From: Camelus dromedarius | Lineage: Eukaryota | DNA: 64,000 nucleotides | Reading direction: 5' to 3' | Assembly (NCBI RefSeq): GCF_036321535.1 | Contig: NC_087437.1 | Span: forward strand, 100,318,001 to 100,382,000 | Shown here: positions 50,345 through 63,365 of the stretch, piece after piece | Numbering within the stretch: the first letter of the stretch is position 1 | How the letters are laid out: every line of letters begins with the position of its first letter | Position numbers and translations under genes: made by a program | Notes under the pieces: generated by a model | What the model was told of the DNA's origin: nothing | What the model saw: only the letters and a program-made list of their open reading frames with translations | Database searches by the model: none

Positions 50345-51727
50345 ATCCAGTATTGACTTTCTGCAATCCGCCTTTCAGGAACAGAGATATATTTACCTTA
50401 AAAAAAAGGACCAAAAAAAAAAAAAAAAGGTCTATCAAAACATATTTAAGAGAGTGGAAATTCAGGGTCATCCACAGAAAACCAAACTAAAAGAAATAAG
50501 CAGAGATTCAGCTGCATTTTGGAATTGCCTCAAGGACTCTTTTTAAATGTCAGATCTGATTTATCACTGATTAATCCATAAAAGCAAAAACCTTGTACTG
50601 GGATTGTTTCGATGTATATTCTGTCTTTACACAATGAGCTCATTCATTTGGCTGCTGTAAGTAACTTGGAGTTATTCAGATGCTGCATTTACTAAGCAAC
50701 ATCACCTTTTTTAGAGCCAATTATTAAAGGCATACAGCCCCTGCCATGTTTAGTGTAAAAATTGCCTAATTTAGCCTATAGTTTGTGTTCTTCCACATTA
50801 AAAAAAAAAAAAAAAAGCTGATTCTGTTAGCTTCCTTTTTCGTTTCTCAAACCTGCTCTTAAAAGTCTGTCTTCATAATGATTTCTTTACTCCTTGTGCA
50901 AATTCAAACAAGGAATCTCAGTGTGAAATAAATTCTATATAGTTATTTGAGAGGTGTGCTAGCAGCCCTAGTCACTCTGATCCTAGATGGGAAGACACCC
51001 AAACCTTCCTCCTGGAACCCTAGAATGCCAAATCCACCTTCTACGGCCAGCTACCCGGCAGCAGGTACCGAGCAGCATACAACCCCAGCCATCCACAACT
51101 GCTGTGCAGCCTTCACCTGAAAAAATGTCAGCCATTTTCACTTATAAAAGCTATATTTATACTCCACTAAGTTATGACGAGGGGGAAAAAACCCACTGCA
51201 ACTTAATATATGGTTTGGGATGAAAGTTGCTGATGGAACTACATTAACCTCCACGCAACAAAAGAAAACAAGGAACCACACTAAAGAAATGTACTCAATC
51301 CTTAACTAGCTCATTCTCTTCATTCATTAAACTCGCCAACTATGTTTTTCATATCTAAGTTTGGGGTTTTGTTTTCCTTCTTCCTTTTTCTTCCCTTCTG
51401 TTTCATATCAAAAAACAATAGGAAGAAAGGAAGGAAAGAACCACTTAGTGATTGCTTTTGGTTGTAACACAAGATGAGTCATATGGAATTAGTTTTTTTT
51501 TTTTCCAGTTTGAAGGAATGATGCCTGGAACAGCTGACAATTTAACCCACCCCCACCAGTCAGTATTCTAGGAGTACCAAAAGGGTACCCCTGGAGGGGG
51601 GAGTTACAAAGTCAGGAAGAAACCATAAGCAGGCAGGGCGAAGTAGACCTTAGGCGTCTTGAGTAAGTCGCCACAATTCCTCCACCCACACTCCGAGCGA
51701 AAAGCTCCCATTTTAAATATCGCACGG

Positions 51728-51735
51728 TGACGTCA
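51728..51735. promoter_or_regulatory. Full palindromic CRE (TGACGTCA) at the CpG-island edge in BTG3 intron 1
   Basis: Exact TGACGTCA in CpG-rich context. Confidence 0.5.
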
Positions 51736-52741
51736 TCCTGGGACGTAGTCACCGCGGCGGCTGCTCAAGTTCTACTTTGTTTCACTGGCTCCGCCGCTCA
51801 GGGCGGCGTGCACAGACGCCAAGGGGAACCAAGCCCTGCCTTCCAGGAGTTCATAACTTTGTACTTTTCCCTTCCTGGTAACGAAAAGCTAATCGCGACC
51901 GTTTCTAGAAACAAGTAGTTCTCCTGACAGACCTTCCTAAGGTTGAGGAAGAGGGGATTCCGACAGCGGGCGGGGGACGGAAGGGGTGACGAGCCCTTGA
52001 CCAGCCTCGGCGGCGATGCCAAGCGGGCTCGGGACCCCGAGAGATAGGATTCCCACGGGGCCGGGAGTGGGGACGTTTTAAAACAATCCAAGCCCGCGGC
52101 TCAGAGCCCGCGCTTGGGTTGAAGTGCTAGGTGAATAGGCATCAAACATCTCCACCCACTCTTGGAAAAACGGCCTGCATGCGCGTCCAACTTCTGAAAT
52201 CGCGGTTTTTTCCCGAGTTAAGGGGGCCGGGCCCAGCAACCCCATCCCCTTCCTCCCCTCAGCCTCGCAGGGTCCGCCCCCCGGTCCGCCGCCCCCGGGC
52301 AGGTTCCGGCCTCCGGGTAGTCCTGGGCTCGAGGACCGGGCTCCCCTCAGGCGCGAGCCCCCGAGACACCCGGCCGGATCCCCGGCTCCAGAAACCCTCC
52401 GGGCGCGGAAAGGGGGTGGGGAGGCGCAGAGCCGTCGCCCACCACCAGCGAAAGGTAACTCGCGGTGGAAACGTGGCAGGAGCCTCGAGGCGCGTCTCCT
52501 CAGTCACGATGCCGCTGAGGGTCCCGCGGAAAGCCTCGCGGGCCGCCCCCCTCAGTCCCCGGCCCTTCCCTCACGCCCAGCCGGAGCCGATGCAAGCCGG
52601 TTGGATCCCGCACTCCTCCCTCTTCCCCCGCTCGCCACCCGCCCGCGAGTCTTCGACGTGGCCGCCAGGGCGCTCGGACCACCCTCCTCCCGATGCCCTC
52701 AGCCCCGCCATATCCTCCTCCTCCCGGCCCAGTCTTCTCAC

Positions 52742-52990
52742 CGCCGGCGCCGCCGCCGCTCTGAGGCCACAAAATCGGCGGCCCCGACCGTCTCCGGGCC
52801 GGGAACCGAGGGCGCCGCCTCAGTGGGTCACGCTCGGCAGCAGAGACCTCCAAGCCTCGTCCGGCGCGTGCTGCTCCCGCGTCGTCGGGCGACCGAGCGC
52901 GCGCTGAGGGCGGGCGGGCAAGCGGACGCGCGCGAGCGAGCGAGCGCGGCCCAGGAGCTGCGCGCGGGGGGCTCGCGGCCCGGAAGAGGG
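52742..52990 (-). other. BTG3: BTG3 non-coding exon 1 (5'UTR; TSS approximate)
   Basis: GC-rich and inside the CpG island. Minus-strand donor GGCG|GTGAGA at 52742/52741. No upstream ATG in this interval. Pyrimidine-rich CCCCTCTTCCG at the presumed start. Confidence 0.65.
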
Positions 52991-55900
52991 GAGGGGCTAT
53001 GACCTGGGAAAGGGTTGGCGCCGCGCGGGACCGGCTCGCTCTCCTGGTGGGAGGAGCCGGGGGCGGGGCTTCGCCGAGGGCCCGCCCCCGAGGCGCTGGC
53101 CTAGCCGCACGGGCCGCGACGCACCCTCAGCCCTGCCATGCGCCGCGCAGATTCTCCACTCAGACGGCGAGGCCCACAGGGCGCGGGCTTCACTCATCTC
53201 GAGAGGTTGGCACTGAGGGCCGAGCGAACCCTCGCCGGCCCGCCCTACCTGCTGCAGCGCCTTGTGGGGTCGTGTGGAACACTTCCCCTCTGCTGCCTGG
53301 GCCTCTGCTTCCCCCTCTCCTGCCTCCTTGCCTACCTGCGGCCGGCAGGGAGGGCGAGTTTTCCAGCTCCAGCTCCAGCTTGTCTAGACCCGGGGATTTG
53401 GGGGCGGGGGTGTGAGAGGCTACACGGGTAAGACGGAAGGGAGACTTGGCTTTTGTGGACTGATCTTCTTGCTGTAAGAAGTAGGGGCACGTTAACTGTG
53501 CAGCCACCCTGTGATACTTCAGTTTGTTCAAAAATCCTAGTTGGGCCCTTCCTGGCCTGGCCAGTGGCTCCCCTCAGAACAAGGATTCCCTCCTGGTGAC
53601 TGCTGTGTCCCAGCCTGGCACTGAGTACAGTGTCTTGCACAAAGGAGGGGCTCCAGGGATGCCGGCTGAATGACTCCTCGCGAGGCCAAGCTTTCTATTT
53701 CCCAGACACTTCTACTCAAGCACTTCCAGATTCAAAGCTTAATCTTTGAGCAAATGCAAATACGGAAAAGGTACACTAACTTTCTGAAGAAAAGGAGGAA
53801 CATCTTTCCAACCTTTTATATTGAATTGGCATCATGATGTTAGTTTTCTGAAAGCACTTTAACACATCAGACAGGCCAGAAAAATACAAGGTATTTATAC
53901 TTTTTTTTTTTTTTTGATTAAAAGAGAGCTGGTTTTCACTGGTTCCAACTAAGACATTGGAAATTACTCAAGAACTGATTATTCAAGTTATACATTGACC
54001 AGAAATTTCACTGCCCACTAGGCCTGGGAGCATGTTTTCAGCCTGGTTGTATGAATATTCTAAATTTATATTACGGATGGTGAGTATATCATTTTCGCAG
54101 TTTAAAACACTAATATTTTTAGCAGTAGAAAACAGTTCCTAAACCAGTGCAATAAACTTTAATTGTTAGAAAATAAGTAAATAAAAAAGTATACTGTTCT
54201 GCCGAGAGCTACTTACTGGTCAATTTAAAGAGGCTACTGATATTTACACCTTAGTCTGTTCTAAGAGATAATTGAAACTGTTTTCATTCTAATCTCATAA
54301 TCTGACGTTATTTTACTGATGAAGGCTTTTCTCTCTCTGATTTCATAAATAGCGAGGTAGTGACAAACATTACTCAAAATTTGTCCAAAGATGTCTATAG
54401 CTCAACATAAGTATTTTATGTGATGTTTATGAATCTGTGACCCACATGGTCCAGTCTTAAGAGCAGTACCATATTCAAAACGCACAAGCAAGTAACTGAA
54501 ACCTAATTTCAAAATAACTTTTAAAAAAATTCTCATAGCCTGAACACTGTGAAGCTGATAAATAACAAACAACATATCTTACAATAAGTAACAACATATC
54601 TTAAACACTTTTCTTTCTCATCTAGTGTTCTCACACAAGGAAGCTGCTTGTGTACCTCTGTCTTTTAAAACTCCTTACTCTTCTCTAGTCCTGGCTTTGT
54701 ACTTTTAGATTTTTCCTGTCAGCTCTCTTTCCTCCTGATTCAAAATCACAAAAGCTCAAAAGAATTGGTCTAGCAATGCAGGACCCTCCTCTTTAGGAGA
54801 GGAGGAAGAGGGACGTAGAGCTGATACAAACAGTTATGCATTAATACGTGTTTTTCCTTTCACAGTTGATTTCTTTTCACAGTTAAGTTCACTAAATGTT
54901 CACTAAGGTTGTATTAATAGGTATAGCTTGCTTTTAACACAAGCTGTTTTGAAAATGAGCCACCTGAATAGGGCAGGGGCTTATACACACATCATATGGT
55001 TGTATCCAAAAGTCACAGAGACCCCAACTCCACAGTCACCAAAATCTGTCAATGGGTTCCAAAATTAGGACTTATTTTCCACTATATAACTGTGTAACTC
55101 TTTCAAATCTGTTATTCCTTTGAGCTTAGAGAAGTTCAGCATTGAAAACAGAAGTCACAGGTTCCATCTTCTCAATCCACGTGTCAAGTTTGAATCTGAA
55201 TACAAAACCATCACTTTTATAGAGGATAGAGAGTTCTGTTATGTAATATCAGTTGAAAGTATGCAGCCTTTGGGGGCCATTGGAGGTCTACCAAGTGAGA
55301 TTTAAGACTTTTTAAATCTAAAAACACTTCAGTATATTTCTTCAAAAATTTCCAGGACCTGACTATTTGGCTAAATTAAAAGAAACTAAATTTACTTTCT
55401 TTGCTTCAATTTCTTAAATATCCACAAACTGGCAATGGTTTAAGAAAAATAAGCATAAAGAAAATTTGTAATCTTCGTTATTTTCTCCATTACATCATGA
55501 AATTAAACTGACTTCCAGGAGTCACAACACAAACTCTCTTATGAATGAGGCAATGGAAAATGGGCACACCAACCTCTTATTTTGAGTTGCGTTAACTCTT
55601 AAAATCCTCCTCCCTGCCCCAACTATGTCCAATCTTTTTTGGAAGAAAATGTTTTGATAGACTTCTCAGATTCTTTGTTGGCAATTGGTTAGGATTTGTT
55701 AATTTGTATGAACTAGCTTAGGAAAATGTATGCACTATATTACTTAGGCTGTACTCTCTGGACTCAAATAGAGCTTCATACTGTAATCCTCTGGTATATG
55801 ATTCCTCTGCTTGCCAGGAGAGGTGCCATTGTTGTCGGGTTCCTTTGACAACACTCTCTTGTTCTTCATACCAGCAGGGAAACAGACATCTATTAGTAAG

Positions 55901-56013
55901 TATTATATTAACTCCTACCCTTATTCAGTGTAACAGAAGTAAGAATATAGATATATTCATTTAGCTAAACATTCAGAAATATTGTAAAAGAAATGACTGC
56001 TTAGAAACACTAC

Positions 56014-56452
56014 TGTGTTAGTCAGGGTTCTCTAGAGAAACAGAACCAAGAGGATATATATATATGGAGAAAGAGATTTATATTAAGGAATTGGCTCATA
56101 CGATTGTGGGAGCTGGCAAGTCTGAAATCTGTAGGGCAGTCCGGCAAGCTGGAAACTTGAGCAAGAGTTGAAGTTGCAGTCTTGAGTCCAAAATCCAGAG
56201 GGAGGATTTTTATGTTACGATCTTGAGGACTAGCATTCCTTTTACTCTGGCAAATATCATTTTTTACTCTTAAGACCTTCAACTGATTGAGGCCCACCCA
56301 CATTATTGAGGGTAATTTCCTTTAGACTCCAGTAATTGTAAATGTTAATCACATCTACAAAATACCAATCACAGCAACATCTAGACTAGTGTTTGACCAA
56401 ACAATTGGGCACCATCGTCTAGCCAAGTTGACATGTAAGATTAACCATTCCA
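56014..56452. mobile_element. MLT2 (ERVL) solo LTR
   Basis: TGTGTTAGTCAGGGTTCTCTAGAGAAACAGAACCAA...AAGGAATTGGCTCA...GCCAAGTTGACATGTAAGATTAACCAT. Confidence 0.85.
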
Positions 56453-57778
56453 ATGACCTTCATTCAGTAGTATTTCCTCTAATGCATTATGGTACATAGG
56501 TTTAAAAATTTAAATCCCTTAGTGAACATCATAAAACATGCTTTCGATAAGAAAACAAATACTCTTGTTTTTGTTTTTCTTTGCTCTTTTCAGTCAGTTG
56601 TGTGCTGGTAGGAATGGGTGGGGATGGGGAAGGGAAGATTGGATGTTGGTTTTCAGTTGCCCTCTTCTGCTTAACCACGTCAAATATTTGTTCTCGAGTA
56701 ACTGGGACAGTGTATCCATTAGAGAGGAGGATCAAAAGATGAACAAATAAGTTGCTCACTATCTAGTGGAAGATAGAAACGTGAGCAATCTACCTTACGT
56801 ATTACAAGTTGTATTATAAATGAAGTGCCACAAAAAGGTGTAAAGGCAATAGCATGTGATGTAGGTATGTAAAAGGGTTTGGATGTTATTGGGCTCCCAG
56901 CTGAAAGGGAGTTTCGTGGACTTTGAGGGCAGCATCCAAAACCTTCCTTACTACTTTTTCAGTCCAGGCAGGTGGAGGGGGAGAGGCCATAAGCATAAAG
57001 CAATTGCTTCCAAGGCAGAGTCACTCCTTTGATGCAGCAACATCAGTTGCACCACAGAGATGGCTAGAACTAATCAAATTCACACAGCAAGTCCTGACAC
57101 TTGATGGCTTAATTAGGGTGATTATGGGTAAGCTTTAAAAATCTGCTTTGTCAGCAGATGACCCAATGAGATGTTACCATACAGAGCATGTTCCCATCCC
57201 ACACCCAGCCTAGGAGAAGCTCAAAACATGGAACTAAAGTTAGTACATTAATAATTGTTTGTGATGTGATTGGCAAAAATATTTTGTAATTGTGCTTACA
57301 GGAGTGCTTTAGGTGCTTTGGTGCTTTAGCGCTTTAGGTAATTGCAGCAGGTCAGGTTTTTTTTCTAATCTTATAGGAAGGTTTCAACAACTCTTCTTGA
57401 TACAGAAAGTTTTATATATATGAAGTATATATATAGGTATACATTTAGATGTATGTTTGTAATACATATAGATATTTATATAGCATATAGGTGTATAAAT
57501 AAGAGCTTTTATCTCTTTCTCAGAGAGGGAATAAGACAAAGAATGAGATAGTCATGATACAGAGAGAAAGATTTATGACAGAGAAAGTGTTTGTTTTTTT
57601 TTTTTAGTGTTTTCATACTAGCTTAAAGTGCTCACCAATACATTTTTTTTCAGAAGGAAAGTTAGTGAGAGTAATAAGCTAGCAATGACCTATATCATGA
57701 GCAACAAACTGACACACAATGGAGACAGTATGTAATGGAAGGAAACTGAGAGTAGAATAAAGTTGCTGGGTTGGTAAT

Positions 57779-58363
57779 TTTTTGTTTTGTTTTGCTTCTG
57801 TTATTTTATTGTATTTTTATTTTTTACCTTTAAGTGAAGTATAGTCATTTTACAATGTTGTGTCAATTTCTGGTGTACAGCACAGTGCTTCAGTCATATA
57901 TGAATATACGTATATTCATTTTTATGTTCTTTTTCACTGTAAACTACTATAAGATATCAAATATAGTTCCCTGTGCTATAAGTATTTGCAAATCTCGAAC
58001 TCCCAATTTATCCCTTCCCACCTTCTCCCCCACTGGTAACCATAAGTTTGTTTTCTATGTCTGTGAGTCTGTTTTATAAATATGTTCATTTGTCTTTTTT
58101 TTTTTTTCAAGATTCTACATACAAGTGATATCATATGGTATTTTTCTTTCTCTTTCTGGCTTGCTTCATCTAGAATGACATTCTCCAGGGCCATCCATGT
58201 TGCTGCAAATGGTATTATTTTATTACTTTTTTGTGGCTGAGTAGTATTCCATTGTATAAATATACCACAACTTATTTATCCAGTCATCTGTTGATGGACA
58301 TTTAGGTTGCTTCCATGTCTTGGCTATTGTAAATAGTGCTGCTGTGGACATTGGGGTGCAGGT
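57779..58363 (-). mobile_element. Lineage-specific L1 3' fragment
   Basis: T-rich head followed by the same L1 3'UTR as 42762 in reverse. ORF2 C-terminal remnant MALENVILDEASQKEKEKYHMISLV. Confidence 0.85.
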
Positions 58364-58829
58364 GTTGCTTTTGTTTTCAACTGCAGACATGTAAATACTA
58401 AATTCTCATGGTGTTGAGGTACGAAATGAATTGAAAAATAATACTCCTCACCAGATGTTTAGCATAAATGTTATGGAAAAGTGTACATAATTGTAAGGAT
58501 GTTAAAACATCTTAGGGTTATATTATTTACTAGTCTTTTGATATGGGTGTGTAGCTTATGCTGATTTCATTGGGCTTTTTCAGCTCTATGATCTGTGTTT
58601 AATTTGGAAAACTGAGTGCAAATTAAGTGATGACTATTTTGGATTTTCTGTGATGGTACAGATTTTATTCAATTTCATTATTTTTATGACAGATAATTGA
58701 TTAAATACATAACTAAATATTTTTTAAAATGTTGGTTTGTAGGATTACTCATATATTTGTATTTACAAATCAGGTTAAAAAAATATAATCTAAGAGAGAT
58801 TTTCAAAAAGAGCTAAGCCAAGAGGCACC

Positions 58830-60513
58830 ATTCTTCTCTCTTTACACTCTTTTCTGTGGTGTTTGAACTCATCATCTCATGGCTTTGAACACCGTTGCTG
58901 TGAGAGGGCTCCCTAACTAATAGTTCCAGCTTCAGACAAGCCTCTGAACTCTAGACTTGTGTAGCTAACAGCTTAATAAACATCTCCACTTGGAGTCTGA
59001 TAGGCATTTAATACATAGTATGTCCCAAGTTGAACCTTTCCCTGCCCCTGGTCTCAAACCACCCTCTAGAGTTGCTCCATTGTTTGTTATCTCAGTATCA
59101 CTCTTCTACCCTTGGCTCAGGTCAATGGTTTTGGAGTCAACAAAGACTCCCTTCTCCCAAGCATGGCATTTATGAGCAAATCCTCTTGACTTATCCTTTG
59201 ATTTTCTACTTTTTTGACCCACTCAAATGGCAATTTTTTTATAGTCCAGCCTAATGTACCCAGAATCTGACCATCTTCTCTCTCTTACAATTTTCCTAAA
59301 TTTATACTGTTGTGTGAACTATTGCAACATCCATCTAACTGGATTCTTATACAGGGTCACTCAAAGTGATCCTTTTATAACATAAGTTTGATTATGTTAT
59401 GCCTGCCTCAAATCCTCACTGACTTCCCATTTCATCCATAGTGAAAGATAAAGACCTTACACTGTTCTACAAGGTCCCACACGAGCTGCCCCCTCATTTA
59501 CCTTCTTCTAATCCACCCTTCCTACCTCTGTTGTTTCATCTCCTATTACACTTTCCTCTCATTTCAATCCATTGTCGTGGTCTGTTAGTTTTCTATTGCT
59601 GCCATAACAAAAGACCACAAATTGCCATAAATTTAACAGCTGAAAGCAATACAAATTCAGTATTTCATAGTTCTGTAGGTCAGAAGTTGGGTTGGTTCAG
59701 CTGGTTTTTCTGGTTGTTGGCAGAATCTCATGCTTTATGTTTATAGGGTTGAGGTCCCTGTTTCCTTGCTGGCTGTCTGCTAGGGCTGCTTTTAGCTCCC
59801 TAAGGCCTCTCCCTGGTCCTTGTTGAGGGGACCCTACATCTTAGAGCCAGCAACAACGTGTGGTATTATTCTCACATTTGGAATCTCTCTAATTTCTTTC
59901 TCAGCCAAATCTCTCTTGCTGCCTGAGAAAGTTCTCTGCCTTTAATGGCTCATGTTATTAGATGGGACCTACCTGGATAATCCAGGATAATCTGTTTTAA
60001 GTTCTGGAACTTTAATTCCATCTGCAAAGTTCCTTTGCCATGGAATATAATATAGCAAATTCACAGGTTCTGGGAGTTAAGACATGGACATCTCTGGGGG
60101 ACTGTTATTCTGCCTATCATGGGGCCTCTTGGTCAAGCATGCTTCCATCTCAGGGCTCATATGCTTGCTGTCCTGCTACCTGGAATTTTCTTCCCCTGGA
60201 TGTTTATACAGCTTATTTCATCACTTCCTTCAGGTCTCTAAAAATTTGTTATCACTAGATCCTACTAGCCTCTCTGACCAGCCTTTAAAAGAAACCCCTC
60301 CCTACTTTTTCCCCCTTTTAACCTGCTTTTTCTTTTTCTTCCTCTCACCACTACCTGATATAGAATATATGTGTTTACTTGTCTACTATCTGTCTCCTTT
60401 TACCAAGTCTCTTGAGATCAGGGACTTTGATTTATTCACCACTGGCTTCCCACTACCTACAGCAGTTCCTGGCACATGGTAAAATGTTCAATAAATATTT
60501 GTTGAATTAATGA
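58830..60513 (+). mobile_element. L2 fragment(s) with nested MLT1 LTR (about 59571-60120)
   Basis: L2 3' end CCTGGCACATGGTAAAATGTTCAATAAATATTTGTTGAATTAATGAA. The internal block GTTAGTTTTCTATTGCTGCCATAACAAA...GTTCTGTAGGTCAGAAG...GGATAATCCAGGATAATC is MLT1-like. Confidence 0.7.
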
Positions 60514-61512
60514 AAATCACCGAAAAAGCCCAGGAGACCTCACTCCGTTAATCATGCATAAGAGAAATTAGTCAACTAACTCTGAATTACCTAACAGAAC
60601 AACTTTAAAAAAATCTTATTCATAAGAATATCTTTAGTTTGTCACCTTGCTGAAATCATTAGTTGCAACTTCTATAGTGTCTTCCCATCTATCATAAAAG
60701 AAAACAAGGAGCTTGGCATTCATGTCCTTGGTGTACCTAACCTAGCTCAAAGTTTTCATCTTTTCCATCTCTTAGAGCTGACGAGCTGTTAAAAACTCTG
60801 TTCTAAAATCTTGAAAGAGCTCAGGTCTGTAGTCTTCAGAATCCACTTTTTTCCTTCTTTCGAAATCAGGATATATATTTTATTTGCAAATTCTTGGTAC
60901 TTCTCTTATTTTAAATATTTCTTCAAAGATGATCGATGGTGTACTCTCAATCTATAAATGACTCTCTATCAGAGAAATGAATCCCCTCAAAGTTACCATT
61001 CTTTCTTTTTCTTTAACCCCCACCACCCACCCCCTCCATGGTGTTGCTTTGCTCTTTCTTGTTTAAGGTTGCTTTCCTTGGAGCAAAGAATGTACGAAAT
61101 GAAATTTTGAAGGTTTTGCTGTCTGTCTCCAGCTGTGCTGAGCAGGGATCTGAACACTTTCTCTGAACTTAGGTAAACAGCTGCTTGAGAACTATCAGCT
61201 TATCCTGACAGTTAGACTTCCTTCAACATTGTTAAGGGTTTCAGCCAATGTCTTTTTTATTTGCAGCTGATCCATCAGGCAGCACCTAGTGCAGTCTCTT
61301 TGGTTTCCTATGCATTTCCCCCTCCCCCCTTTTTTCCCTATTTTTGATTACATGGACAGACTATTTTAGAGTTTCCCATTCCTCCCGAGCCGTTTTCTAG
61401 TTTAGATCTGTGTCAATGCAAGGATACTTATCCTTCTGAATTAAAACAGATTTTCAAAAAATATTATTTTGAGCCCAAGGGCAAGCAAGAAGACGTGTAC
61501 TATATATAACGG

Positions 61513-61698
61513 AGCAGTATTTTCTCAATGTGTGCTCCCTGGACCACCTGTGTCAGAATCACGGGACAGGGAGGGTGGTGCTCATGACAGTGTAGATGAC
61601 CAGTTACTGAATCAGAATTGGAAAGAGGTGGTTGGGAGGCTTGGGAATCAGCATTTTGAAAAAGTTTCTCAGTTTATACTCTTTAAAGTTTGAGAACT
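61513..61698 (+). mobile_element. MER5-like hAT element (similar remnants at about 20380-20520 and 35111-35290)
   Basis: CAGTATTTTCTCAA...CAGAATCAC...TACTGAATCAGAA...AAGTTTGAGAAC. Confidence 0.6.
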
Positions 61699-63198
61699 TG
61701 ATTTGTCAAGGATATGGAAAAGGGAATGCATGTGCAGAAAGTGACATGAATGGCATAGATCAGGAAGACAAAGGAAGCAGAAATGAAAAGAGAGAGAGAT
61801 GATGCAGAGAAACATAAGGCCTTGCCCCAGCTCCCATACACCATTTGAGAAAAATGGAGACATAAAGTGTATCAAGTGTACATGTTATGATAATTGTAGA
61901 AAGATCAGTGTTATACTAAGAAGATGATGGAAATCTGAATAGTAGAATGTATTAAGTCCACTAAATAGATGATTGTTACTTTGGCATTGTGGTTCTTTGG
62001 CTGAAATATGGAACCAAAAATTTTTTCTTGAGAAAAGGATAGATCATGACACATTGTAGAATCATGTAGAATTCAATGGTAAATGGTTTATTATAGTTTT
62101 ACAGTTTGTTGCTTTTATAGTCTTAGACTATAAAGTAAAACAGTTGGATTGAAAATGTCTTGCTCTTACCAATTTCATCACCCCACTGCTTTCCACGCTC
62201 TTTTGCTTTTTGTTGGCCAGCACACTACTTCATTTTAAGCCAAGTATTTGAAAGTGTCAAATAAAAGTTCTGCTGCAGCCAGGCAGCAGCTGACTTTATT
62301 TTTACTCAAGTGTGACATAGCACTCACAGATGTCAACTTGTATTCTTTTTTAATGAAATAATGTTTATGAATTCCAAATACACTAGAACACTGCCAGAAT
62401 TACTTTGGAAATTTAATGTACAGTAATCAATGCAGTCTCCAGCAACAACTGAAATATATTAAATATCCATTCTCATAGAGACCTGGTGAGAGCAACATGG
62501 CAGTATTAATTCTAGTTTTTTTAAAAATTCACTCGATATTGTTTTCATTTTGTACATTTCTCTACATTACTGCCATCTAAGACAGAGTGAAGCTAAAGAC
62601 ATTTGTTTGTGCTGCTTAACCACTCCCAAGTATGATAGACTAGTCAGCACTTGATTAAGGTGACAATAAAGGGAAGATGAGATTTATTTCACACGATTTC
62701 AAAAATGTCTGAATTTGGAAAATTTCAACAGGAAGCAGTAACTATGTTTGAGAATTTCAGTATAAATAACTTATTTATTTACTTATTTATTTCCAGTTTC
62801 AATACCACATAGTAAAAAGATTCAGAATGGACCATTTGAAACTGAAAAAATTCACACATCTCTTCAAGAGTGAAGAGTTTTACAGTCTGTAGGTTAAAAT
62901 TGGGGCCTGAGTTTAAAAATCTGTGAAATACAAAGTTTAAGGGTTCAGAGGGAACCCTAAGAGAATACAACGCGAGTTAACAGCCTTAGGAAACATCAAG
63001 GATGGAAAGAATTATAAAAAAGAACAGATAAGGAAAGCAAGCAGAGTAACAGAGTTGCATATTGATACAGAGGCTCAGCTAAAAGGAGATTAGGACAAAC
63101 TGGTCAAGGTTTCTAAAGGGTGATACTTAAGAGACCCAAGCCAAGTTGGCAATTCAGTTGGCCATTAGTGATATAACTTCTACTTAAAACTAAAAGAA

Positions 63199-63321
63199 GG
63201 AGGAGGGTATAGCTCAGTGGTAGAGCACATGCCTAGCATGAACGAGGTCCTGGGTTCAATCCCCAGTACCTTCATCAAAAAATAAATAAGTAAATAAACC
63301 TAATTACCTCCTCCCACCAAA

Positions 63322-63364
<43 letters not shown>

Positions 63365-63365
63365 A
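63199..63365 (+). mobile_element. tRNA-derived SINE (Vic-1-like) with (AAAT)n tail
   Basis: A box TAGCTCAGTGG (63210-63220), B box GGTTCAATCC (63253-63262), AAACCTAATTAC motif and (AAAT)n at 63319-63365. Confidence 0.9.

Larger units (their letters stand above)
51700..53450. promoter_or_regulatory. CpG island / BTG3 promoter
   Basis: Very high GC and CpG density against an AT-rich background. GC boxes (GGGCGGGG at about 53061 and 53402), an ETS-like CCGGAAG at 52980 and E2F-like TTGGCGC/GCGCGGGA at about 53015-53030. Confidence 0.92.

Noticed and set aside
52131..53719. Long overlapping ORFs (258, 133, 138, 117, 113 aa etc.) on both strands
   Set aside because: They lie in the CpG island where stop codons are rare, are Pro/Arg/Ala/Gly low-complexity, and have no recognisable domain.
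54568..54603. AACAACATATCTTA duplicated at 22-bp period (also GTGCTTTAG-like repeats at about 57304-57340 and AAGTAAGAATTT at 30507/30528)
   Set aside because: Ordinary slippage micro-duplications with no sign of function.
63199..63270. tRNA-Ala-like gene (also 23457-23577, 46373-46510)
   Set aside because: A and B boxes are followed by a SINE-specific tail, poly(A)/(AAAT)n and in two cases TSDs. These are SINEs, not tRNA genes.
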